Assembly (NCBI GenBank): GCA_000708835.1
Contig: DF237224.1
Span: 50,493 to 114,492 of the forward strand
Length of the DNA stretch: 64,000 nt
Reading direction: 5' to 3'
DNA from: Klebsormidium nitens
Taxonomy: Eukaryota; Plantae; Klebsormidiophyceae
The notes under the pieces are model-generated. The model was not told where the DNA came from. It saw only the letters and a program-made list of their open reading frames with translations, and searched no databases. Below, piece after piece: positions 27,301-38,211 of this stretch; within the stretch, counting starts at the first letter, position 1, and every line of letters starts with the position of its first letter. The position numbers and the translations under genes were made by a program.

Positions 27301-27669
27301 AAGAATGCTCACACTTTCTGAGACTACAGTAGACTCCTGGCCGGAAGCACTGGCACTGTAGTGGGAGTCTCTTTGATGTTCCCTCCGCTGACAAGTTTGC
27401 CAGCTCAACGGCACGGATGGCTGGCCCCACGCCACCTTCCGTGAGCCTTGCACCCTTTCTGAAGTCTTCAGGAAGCGTGCACCTCTATTTGCAGCTTGAA
27501 GTGAAGGACAACATCTAACAGACGCTCCTTTCCTTCGCAGGCCGCTGCGTGTTGGCAAACTTGGACAAACGAGCGCCTTGCATGACCATTCTGCGGGTGT
27601 GGAGTGGTGGCAAAGCAATTGGGAGCCAAAAGAGAGGCTCTCTTTTGATAGGACCGCAGGTAGGGTCAT
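24304..27669 (-). CDS. D27-like: Beta-carotene isomerase D27-like protein (DUF4033), probable plastid transit peptide
   Basis: Exons 27669-~27292 (donor uncertain), 26799-26701, 26301-26197, 25510-25411, 25030-24858, 24504-24304. Motifs YKDGPMD, GWDSPAPGYDGL, LQSLFPP, WLMGRC, CKYLEESGCAGICVHTCKMPTQ and MEPNYEDYSCQFNFG. Confidence 0.9.
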
Positions 27670-28080
27670 GTCTGAAGGGAAAGTGTTGTGGTGGCGCCAC
27701 AAATCAAATGCTGAAGAAATAGAATTTGTGCATTTGATTCTGAACGGTGAACCTTCCGTGAACAGGTGAACCGTGAAGGCGGAAGCCAGAAGTTGCAGTC
27801 ATGAAATTGCAAAAAACCCTAATAATGAATACGAAACCCAGGCCAAGAGAATTGTGACATTGAGAGTCCTGCAATGCTGGCAATGGCGCTTATTGTTTGA
27901 TGAAGGAAATCTGAGGGAATTTTCATTGAGCTTTCTTACCTTTTCTAGGGTAGAGAAGCAACGCAAAGGTGCTAACAATCTAGCAATGCTGCACTGTCAT
28001 TATTCTGGTTCATGTAGTTGACGAGCGGGCGAAGTGCCTGCATTTTAAGCCCAGAATAAAGGTTTCTGTGTCTCTTGAGA

Positions 28081-31000
28081 ATGCAAAGTGTAGGTGCCCC
28101 TATCGGGGCTTCACAACTGCTTCTCCCTGCAGCTTTCGAGAAAATCTGCAATAAACAGCAGATCAGTAAGCCAAGCACGTTGAGGTGTTGCAATGCAGGA
28201 AGATGGGACGAGCTTGCGCTCGCCGCTAGGTGTAGCAGCCGAAAAATCCAGCAAAAGTTGTCTCTAGATGTAGCTAAAACTGGAGCAAGGAAAGGCAGAA
28301 GGAGCTTGAGAGCGAGGGCAGAGGTAGGTTGAGCAGATCTGTGTCTGATCGGTCCCAGTTTGTCAGGGTTGATCTAGTTACTCTAGATCATAGTACATGT
28401 CGGATCTCTGAAGTTTCGTGGATAACAGACATCGCTGACTGCACTTCTTTCATCGCCACAGGTCTTCCCCCAAAAAAGGTCGTGCTTGATGCTTGGTTTA
28501 GTTGGAAGCGACTTACATTGTATCCAAATTTTAGAGGAACTTGCACTCCACTACTAAAGTCGATGCCCACACCTGTGCAGACTGCAAAAACCAGTGTTGC
28601 TAAAACCGGTGCGGCGACAGACACAGGTGAGATGACACTTCTCATCTTGATTATAGATTCAATAGATCTCGAAACTTGTAGGCTGGAAGTTTTACTGGTC
28701 ACTTGGGTTTCTTTCTTGCTAGTTCCTCAAAGGAGCCCACATTTAACTGATATACCTTGCAAAGTAGGAACCACATCGAGAGAGATCTCAACATACATGA
28801 TCGGGCTGCAACTTTGATCCAAAAGATCCTCCTGTCCACGCCACTGCTGTTAGCTTGTGCGCCATCATCAAGTTTTTCCTTGTCGAACTCCCGTATTCCT
28901 CCAGCTGATTGGTGATCATCGGTGAGCTATTTACGCCACATTCACATGCTACTGCTGTTGGGCCAGAACATGGGAGTCTTCTTGCATTCGACTGACATTC
29001 TCTACCATCATATTCTTGTCTAATGCTAGATCAGAGTCAATCAACAAGGTATTGCTCATCTTTGCAGCCCCAGTGACCATCTCCCTGCAAAAGGAAGCAG
29101 AATTCGGGTTCATGCATGCTGTCGTTGGAGGCGGGGCAGCGCTTGGGAACTGGAATCCCGCACAGGCGGCGGTCCTCGATTGGTCAGAGGGGCACGTCTG
29201 GTCCAAAACCCTGGTAGGCAGACACTGACCGACATGAAAAACAGACCTCTCCCACTAATCCATTCCGCCCCAAAGATGCACATGCTGCTGACTTTTTAAG
29301 AAACAAGAAACATTCCTGTAGCTGATGCCTCATTTTATTGCGAGAACCCGAGGGTCTGCTTATGTGATATCTGTCACTCGCTGCCTGCTTGAGGGGCAAG
29401 GAGGAGCTTGATGCTGAGACCACTGTTGTAGACCAACGAATTTCGTTGTTGTAGACCAACGAATTTCGTTTGACGTTTTCGAAGGGGCATTTGTACCGAC
29501 AGTCCAGGTACGGGCGCTATCATTGATTTGGAGTAAAAGAACGAGCAAGAGCTGAGGGTCAGAACCATACTTTTCAACTTTGGCTTCGTTTGGCTAGCAT
29601 CAAATGAATGAAAGGCGCTGGTATAGGACCGGGGGGGGCACCAAGTGCACTAAAGCGGATCCAAACAAGAACAATAAAAAGACAAGCAAACATCATCCTG
29701 CTCCATGGTTCCGCGTGCAGGATCTTCCCGCCAACGCCGCAATCGAGTACAAGTTCATCCTGGTCAATAACAACATGGAGGTGGTCGAGTGGCAACCGGG
29801 CGAGAACCGCAGCCTCACCACATCAGCAGGCGCCAGTGCCGTTCAAGGGCGTTGGGACGAACCCCTCACCGGCGAGTCTGAAGATTCCTCAATGGACGCG
29901 CTGATGTCAGATGGTGACGTCAGCAACGAAGGGATGGCAGACGGGGGTGCCGGGGCTGTTCAAGACAAGTCCGACCAGGCTTCGGGGGGGGGTGACGTCA
30001 ATGCTGATGCGAAAGCGGAGCCGTCTGCTGAGGTACGCAAACCCGGCCTGCAAAGGAGAACACCTGTAATGTGAAGTTAAATGGAAGAGACATGCAATTC
30101 GAGACAACCTAGAAGTTGATGTGATGAGCGGGACAGAGCGCCCAAAGGGTAAGAGAGCTTCGCTGTTGCTTTGTTGATGTGGAAGTGAGAACTCAGGAAC
30201 TTTTGTCCACGAAGCGAGTACGATCTCATTTGAAGCGTTCGACAAATGTACGTCACAAAGCGAAAGGTTCATTCTCGGGAAACGGATACCTCTGGTCGCC
30301 TGACATTGGGATTGAGCGGAGTGGGTCAAAGCTTTGCAAAGCAGACTTTTGGCTATACGAGACCTACATCAAGACTGGGAAACGGTAGCTCGTCAGAAGG
30401 TTTCCCGAAATCCGTCCCGACAACCGTTCCCCGAAGTCTCTTCAGAAACCACCTCCAAAACCAGTATCCAAGTCCTGGTCTTTGAACCCCGCTTTACATC
30501 CCCTACTCTTCCTCCTAACCCTCATCAATCAATTTCCAAACATGTCTCTACCCTCATTTTCATTTTGTTTTTTTCCCAACACGTCTCTACCCGTTCTCAT
30601 CTGTTCCAAGATTCGTTCCTCTCACGCTGACGTCATACTCGACAGGGCTCTCTCGCCGAAGCTGACGTTGCCCCTGCACCCACCCCTGCCATCGAAGCAG
30701 CCGCCAATGCCGCTGCTGACGTCAGCCCTCCTTCTACTCCCTCCAAATCGTCTACCCCTCCTCCGGTTCAGGAAACGTCTTCGGGAGGGGGCGGCAACGG
30801 TCTGGCTATAGCGGGGGCTTCCGCGCTCGTGATTTTGGCCCTTTCGGCAGCGGTCGTAACCACACACGACTCCGCGCCGCTCATACAGAAGGGTGACATC
30901 AAAGGGGCGGTTAGCGGTGCGGTAAACCGGGTTAAGTCCGGGGGCCTGTCCGAAGTCGCTGACTCCGTTGGGCAACACCTGAGCTCGGTTTCCGAAAAGT

Positions 31001-31170
31001 CCGGTGAGGGGTTAGGGGCGCTCAGCGGGCATTTGGAGGGGCTAACTAAAGCAACCGGCGAGGGTTTGGGGGGTTTAACCAAGGCCGCAGGTGATGGGTT
31101 AGGGGGTTTGTCAAAGGTAACCGGAGACCACATTGAGAATCTGACGAAGGCTGGAAGGGGGCGACGTTGA
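28081..31170 (+). CDS. CBM20 starch-binding protein with acidic linker, one TM helix and C-terminal 11-mer repeats (~423 aa)
   Basis: Phase-consistent exons 28081-28323, 28581-28626, 29068-29213, 29721-30032, 30646-31170. CBM20 motifs are VVGGGAALGNWNP, LDWSEGHVW, IEYKF and EWQPGENR. The hydrophobic segment is GLAIAGASALVILALSAAVV. Confidence 0.85.
29424..29469. repeat. 23-bp perfect intronic tandem duplication
   Basis: tgttgtagaccaacgaatttcgt x2. Confidence 0.85.
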
Positions 31171-31849
31171 GCTGGTACGGCGTTCTTTTCTTACATGCAC
31201 AAATTCTTCGTTCTTCAAAACTACTCATTTCAATGCACGTTGGTTGTTGGAAGGGGAGAGCACAGCTTTGAAGTTGACTTTCATTAGGCAGAATCAGCGC
31301 CCACTTCCGTGTTTGCTGTCGATAATGCTTGTACGATTTTCTTCTTCTTTCCTTTCTGTTTTTTAGAAGAAGGTATGAGAAATCATGGCCGCATGGTTTT
31401 GACCGCAAGCATGGAACTGCCATCACTCTTGGTGCTTTTCTGAGCAGGTGAAAGATGTGGGAGATAGTCATCACTCGGATGTCAACATCGGGTCCATCCT
31501 CATCTTGCAGGTCGACTCCTCGATCTTGCGTTGCAGCAATCGTCAGAGTCGCTTCTGCCTCAATCCGAACAGGTCTTGTGGAGTCCCTCGTATTGCTGGA
31601 ACCTGTTCATAGAAACAACTGCTCCCCGACATAAGTTCTGCCTAGCTAGGCTCCTGGCAAGGAGGAGATACTCAAACCATTGCGATAGACCTGCCGGGCT
31701 CGCTCGTGCTATGTCTGACGAGGGGCAACGCTTGTATCTTACGCTGGCTAACCACAGTAGCAGTCAATCTAGCCCAGTTGGTAGGTAGTCTGCGGCGCGC
31801 AGTCTCCTGGCATTTAAGCCAGGAAAATTCGTGTTTGACCCGCTCGAGA

Positions 31850-32600
31850 AGCAAATGCTGTCATCCTAGCTTACAATCATGCAAGCAAGCACGAGCCCTT
31901 GCCCGACATGCCAGCTGAGTTAGTGCCGCCGAGATTGCTACGAGTTGCATTTAACCACCGTGAATTCATGTCAAACATGGCGGGAAACCGTCTGCAGAGT
32001 CATGTTATGCCGTGCATGCATGTGCAGCCATGGCCACGCCGCCGGCACCTCGAGCCGGACGTACGCGTACACTCTTACGGTATACACTTGAATCTTAATG
32101 GACGGCCATGTAACATCCATGGTGCGCGGGGCACAATTCAACCTGAAGTCGATTAATATAACACATGGCTGGCACATGTTCAGACCGCCATTCAACGTTT
32201 TGAAGCATGACGGTGGCCCGTTCGATCTGAGATCAAATGGGTGCGACGCATATATATCGACAGTGACCCGCAGCGGCAGCACTGAGTCAACTACGACGGT
32301 GCGCAACTAGTTTGCTGACGCTTTTTTCTTGATCTCATTCGCTAAGTTCGATCGATCACTGGAACCGAGTATATGGGACCGGGACGCCAGTCCTCGGCTT
32401 TCCTCGACCGATGCGATGAGTTGTTCCATCTGCTCGTCCGGCCTCTCCTTGATTGCGGGCCGCCAGTATAGTACCAAGTCTCATGGGTGCGCGCACTCTT
32501 AGTAGGTTGACTTCCAGCCTGAGCTAGCTATATAGGTGGGAGTCCGCGACGAATATCCAAACCGTACCCCATCCAATGCAATATCGAATATGGCCCTTGC
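31850..32600. other. Convergent intergenic RY/palindrome-rich island
   Basis: Alternating runs at 32011-32026 and 32059-32072, and the palindrome gtacgcgtac. Confidence 0.45.
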
Positions 32601-32969
32601 GGATCCGACGATGCGCAACTTAAGCAAGGAAATCTATAATTTGCAATACTATCGCCTGAGGCGATCACTTCGAGAAAGGCGTTCAACCAACAAACCCAAT
32701 CTCTTTCTCGCACGGTCATAGGCAACTTCATTCAGACCGTTTCAAAACTATCCTTTGCCAAGCTGGCTGCCACAGCTTACTGGTATGATCGCTAATAAGG
32801 GCACTTCATTGCCAGGTAACATGATTGCGACCACGATGCAGTTTCACACGTTTTGGAGATTCGAAGGGGCATCTTGAGGACCAGAACCGGTCAATACTGA
32901 GTTGCGAGCTTAAGATTGTAGTCCCAACCGCTTTTGAGGAACACACGATGTGACCAACATTGAGAAAAA

Positions 32970-35900
32970 TCACGATACCCTCCAAACGTCCGCTTTTGCC
33001 TCTTCCAAGTCTCGTAATCGTTTCCGGAAGTATAACCCGACTACAACCCCCACCGATATCAACTGCAGAGGGTGAAGTCAAGAAAAGCGTTTAACTCGAG
33101 GCATCAAGTGCTCCGATAGCAAGGGCACAACTGCGGACGAACGCAATGCTTCACAGAACAGGGAAGGCAGGAACGAAATACTAGCAGCCCTTGCCGAAGC
33201 GTTCGGCAAACAGCGCATCAGTTGCCAGACGGGGTTTGCGCGGCACTTACCCCTAACGAGAGCGGGTAGAACCCGTCGACAAACTTTACGCACGTGCCCC
33301 CTGCTTCGACGCAAGTATTTTGAATCCCACTTTCCGGCTTCGATGGACAAGACAGGGGCACTCCAAGCTCAGCCGCTCGCGCTGGATCTGCAGATTCAAG
33401 TGAATTTAGGCACAAAGCTGGTTCACGCCTGGACATATCCCCCTCGTTACGTCTGGAATAGAAGACTTCAGCGACGTATTTCCAAAAACCCTTGCGGAAA
33501 CCTTTTTGGACAGCAACCTGTGGTAGCCTTGAAAACACTTACAAACGAAGAAAGTACTCCTTCGAGATCTTCAACCTTTCATGCTCGCCTTGAGGCTTTG
33601 ATTCCCACGCCTAGAAGGTCTCGTGATCTTAATCATTCTTAAATCGGGCGTGCATGAACAAAGCCGATCGAACGGTGCCAAGACCCTCACAAAACTGCCG
33701 TCCGGAATCGACACCGTTCATTGTATGACGCCATCGAAGATAGCGGCTGACGTCAGGCAAACCCCGACGCCCACTTTAAGCTCACCTGCGCCCCGACAGC
33801 TTTGGACTGTCAACCAGTCAATCAACACGAAGATGAAGAAGCGGGGCCACGCAGACCCCAGGTTGGCAATGGTGTTGAGTAGTGTCAAGTAGGTACCTGC
33901 AGTAACATATAACAGGAGTTGACACCAGCTTTCAAGAACAGCCCTTGAGCGAGTGGAGCAGATGCGAGAGCCTCACAATTGGGCCTTCTGCCAGCTCTCG
34001 GTGAACGGAGTCTTCACTTCTTAGAAACTAGAACCGAGCTCTAGTTTATACTAAAAGCAGGAAAAACTGCGGGCCGTTACACCTGTTTTTTGATGAATTC
34101 GGGTCTTAAAGAGGTTCTCCTCGGTTTACGAAGACGTCCTTACCTCCCATGGACGAATCGCTTATGCGTGCAAAGAAGGTACCCTGCACGAGCAGAGGAC
34201 TGGTCAGAATAGAGCCGCCGCCGGAGAGCAGCGCTAGAATCTGCTGAAGTGGGTGCAACATAGTCAACTGGCTTTTCCGGGTGTCCACACAATTTAGGCG
34301 ACAGAGTTTCTTGCCCGGCGACTTTCCATCAGAGCTGAGGAACGCTGCCCATCCAGATCTGAGCGACAACCCCTGACACTGGTGGGCATCTGGTGTTAGC
34401 GTTGCCGAGACGAGGAGCAGTTGCTGACTTTAGATCAATCACAAGACGAAAGAATTGGAATTTAGAACGGACGAACAGGAGCAAAACGATCTGGCATTCC
34501 ACTTTGGTTGGAAAGGTTTGAAGTAAACCAGAACGGAAACGACGGAGGAAACACTTCCGATGTACGGCAGTAACGCACGCGGCCTGACTCCTAGTGAGTG
34601 GCAAAAGAAAGGATATAGAGAACGTGCCGGAAGATCTTCGAAAGTAGCGTCAAGAGTTACGCTAGAAACCAAGGAAAGCAGAAGAGGGACAGAAGAAAAG
34701 CGTCCGGCAACTCACTTGGGACACAAACATGAGCGTTGACGCGAACGACGTCGCGACACCCGCACAGATGACCGCGAAATACGCAAGCGGGTTGCTCTGC
34801 AAAGTGGCCCCCGTTGGAAACAGCGCGACGAGGCACGTGCTGAGGAGCGCCATCGTGAGCCGCAGAGCGTAGCCCAGAAGCCAGGGGCTAAAAGCGCGTC
34901 CGCGGGTTGCCCAACGCCCGGCGAAGACGGCGAAGAAGAGCTCGAGGGGAAACTCGATCAAGACGATGAGCGATATCGTTTCCTGCAGAAAGTGAAAGGG
35001 GGGATTCAGAGTTTTTTAAAGTTTGTGGAAATTCAGGGCTGAAGTCTGCTTGAGAGCTTGCGGAGTTGGGACAAAGAAGGACGGAAGGCGCGGCCGCGGG
35101 TCGCCCAGCGCCTGGCGAAGACGGCGAGGAAGAGCGCGAGGGGGAACTCGATGAGGAGAATCAGAAAGATGGTTTTTGGTGAAGAGGGGGGGACCAAGAT
35201 TCTTGAACTGTGGAGGATACGTCATTCAGAAAGCAAAAAACGTGTTGCGAACTGCCAAATGGAGGTTTGAAGGCGCGGCCACGCGTCGCCCACCGCCCAG
35301 CAAAGGTTGCGGAGAAGAGCTCGATGGAAAAGTCGATGAGAACGATCCGCGAAATGCTTCTTGCCGCGAACAACGGGGGGAAAAGGTTCCTGAATTAATC
35401 CAAATGCTCTGCACCATCACCCACCCTAAACCCTCGAGTTCACCCTTGCTTTCAGTACCTAGTAGCGTAGTTACTCGTAACAGCGGGTTCGGCTGTGCAC
35501 TACCGGTATCAGGACATGCCCGTGTGTCAGGTCATCGTGAGTACACTGCCCGGGGGACTCAACTGATGCTGCCAGATACGACCATCGAACTGATCCTGTG
35601 GAACCTGCTCACACTGTTGAGGTCGTCGACCCGTCCCCGGGCACTTTCCTTAGTCACCATGAGGATGAGAGAACTGCGTAACGCACCCGCGTGACGCCTT
35701 TCTCCATCAGCTTGAACACGCCCACCGCCTCCGATGTCACCGCGCCTAGTTTGCACAACAGCAGCACCGCGGCCAACTGCTGGACGCTCGATAGGCTGCC
35801 AACGGCCCAGAGCCGTCGATACATCCCAACCACGTTTGCAATTGCGCGAGACGGAGACGGTTTCCGCATTTTGGAGGGGGAGGGGAGGCCGGCTGCGCTG

Positions 35901-37559
35901 AGGGATTGCGTGCGGGGGAGCGGGTTGGGCGTTTCGGGTTTGAAGACGAGTGCGGCGGTGAAGAGGATGTAGAAAGCGCCCCAGAAGCGGAAGTAATTCG
36001 CAAGGGAGAGAACGCCTGTGGAAGGAAGCTTAGAAGACTCAGAAATGCAGACGATTATGCAACGGACTCTTCTTCGGAGTTTCCCGGCAGGGATCCTCTG
36101 GACGAAAACGGACCGATGTAATTTGGACAGCTCGTTGGCTTTGAGTGCAGCAATGCTCAGTGTTCAGAAGCTATTATGTCGCTTCCAGGGACCATCAAAC
36201 CTAGCTTGACAACAGCTAGAAAAACCCTTCAACAGAGAGTCAAAGCAGATTCCTTACCTTTGTCAGCGGGCGCCGATCGAAGGTAGGAGTTGCAGAAGTC
36301 CGGGTCGTTCAGGGCCAAGAAGATTGTGAAGGACAGGAAGTAGCCTGTATTTATGCCCACAGTCTGCGCGAGCACACATGCGTTGTCAGCTTTGTGGAGC
36401 TGTGATAGACGGCAAACTCAGTTGATGAGTGTGCTTCCTCGGACCTTAAGATAGTCCAGGTAGACGAGTTGGCATCACCACCAAAGCGCAAGGGGTGGAA
36501 TAATCAGATCACTGGAATCAGCAAGGAGCGCAAGAGGGTGTTAACTTCAATCGACCTTGCTTTGAAAGAAGGGGAACGAGGGACATCGAGCACTGACAAG
36601 ACATCTTTGGATATTGAGGTTTAGAACCCCCTTGATTGGCCTGATGCAAGCTCAAGTCCTAGGTGCGAGCGTGCTCTTACGAACTAAGAGCTGCTGACAG
36701 TCAAAGAGCACCAGGTTTGAGCAACACTTTGATAACAGGAGCATCGATTTGGATGCTGACCTGGCATGTCGATGCGTGTCCAACATTCTTGCGGGACAGT
36801 AACGTGAGCGCCCAGCCATCTACGGCGATGTCTTGAGTGGCTGCCAGGAGCACGCACACGAAGAACAGGGCCGTGATTGCCCGGATGTTGGCGGTCTCTA
36901 GCTGCAAGAGGGTGAGAATATGGTGTCCCCCTTTTCTTCTAGACACGCATTCTTGTGCTATTTGATTCCATCTTATGCTTAAAAGGATGGAGCAACATTC
37001 TAATAGTCTGACCATAATAAAGACCCAAGAGGACCCAAGACAGTTCAAGGGCACTCCTAGCTTTAACCACCACTGCATCAAGAACCAGTTGCAGCAACCA
37101 GAGAAAGATGATTCTTATACTGACCAGACAATACACTTACGAGTGCCTTACCCAAATCTCAGCCTGCCCCGAGCAGAACAGCATAACGAGCCCTGACATG
37201 ATCTGCAGGGGGAGGATCCAGCTCTTCCGCAGGCCCACGCTTGGAAAGAAGACAGTGTCAACAATTGGACTCCACAGCAGTTTCATACTGTAAGGATACG
37301 CAGCCAGTGTGAAGATGCCTATCTCGGTGTAGCTAGCTTTGGACTTAAGGATAAAGGGAATAGAGCCAGACGACAAACCGAGGGGCACCCCCTGCATTGC
37401 ATAGAGGAGAATCAGTAGCGCCATGTTGCGCACGTCTGATGTGTCGTCTGCTTGCAATTTACTCGCACTGCTGTCAACAAGGGGGGCGGAAGCCTCCGCC
37501 GCGCCCTCTTCCATTGCATCGAGCATCTCCGAGGACTCTCGGCGCAGGCGCTTCTGCAT
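32970..37559 (-). CDS. SLC33A1-like: Acetyl-CoA transporter (SLC33A1/AT-1 family, MFS)
   Basis: Phase-consistent exons 37559-37152, 36901-36761, 36363-36258, 36015-35687, 34982-34716, 34183-34144, 33896-33786, 33387-33251, 33062-32970. Motifs LYAMQGVPLGL, YPYSMKLLWSPIVD, ATQDIAVDGWAL, GGTYLTLLNTIANLG and DGFY. Confidence 0.92.
34884..35400 (-). repeat. ~190-bp tandem triplication of intron end plus exon-5 start
   Basis: The functional segment is 34884-34979. Degenerate intronic copies at 35078-35173 and 35263-35355 still encode RWATRGRAF, and the flanking intron parts also align. Confidence 0.85.
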
Positions 37560-38211
37560 AACTGCCAGCTGATTTCAGCCAATCAGCAACCAAGTAGCAC
37601 AAGGAAGTGAAGTTCAGGAGCACCTTCACCAGCCTACGGAAGAACTTCTCAGAGATGTGATTTCATCACAATGGGTTCAGGACGCCCTCAATGATCACGA
37701 TGATGAACGTGCATTGGAAGCTTGCCAACAGTTTGCTTTGGTGCCACACCAGAACATCCTGAACTTGTATTCAAGAGCTAAGCTTATGAAAATTGCAGCA
37801 ACTGCAGATGCTCTGCTAAGTAGGAGAACCTGTATCCTAAAGGACAGAAGCCAAGGTTGGAAGAAGCTTGCGATCGCCCCACTTTTCAAGGCTGCAGCTG
37901 TGGACAGATTGAGCTTCAGAATCCAAGCTCTTGAAAGCAGAACTGAGCAGGTCCAAGTGCACAACCGCTTGTGTCAATACTTCAGAGGAAAAACCGAGCG
38001 ACCAGATTAAGAATCCATACATCGGTATACTTCATTCTTGGTCCTATATAGCCACGTTCTAAATTCCAACAGAAAGCAGAAACAGAGGCGGCTTTGACAC
38101 CATCCGGGGCAGTGGTCAGCGGACTGATTGACCAGAGTGCAGCACGGCAGAGCTACCAAGGGGCGCAGCAAGAGCACAGCATTTGCATGCAAGCTCAGAA
38201 AGGCGGCAGCC

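Noticed and set aside
29424-29469. Short direct repeats here and at 58960-59280 as a CRISPR-like array
   Set aside because: No unique spacers, eukaryotic intron context, and no cas genes.
28200-29860. GRWDE occurring twice in the CBM20 protein as a Rubisco-binding-like motif
   Set aside because: One copy lies in the presumed transit peptide and the other is the normal CBM20 end. It does not fit the Chlamydomonas W[RK]xx-hydrophobic motif.
30121-30305. Intronic C-box GTGATGA suggesting a C/D snoRNA
   Set aside because: No D-box at a suitable distance and no terminal stem.
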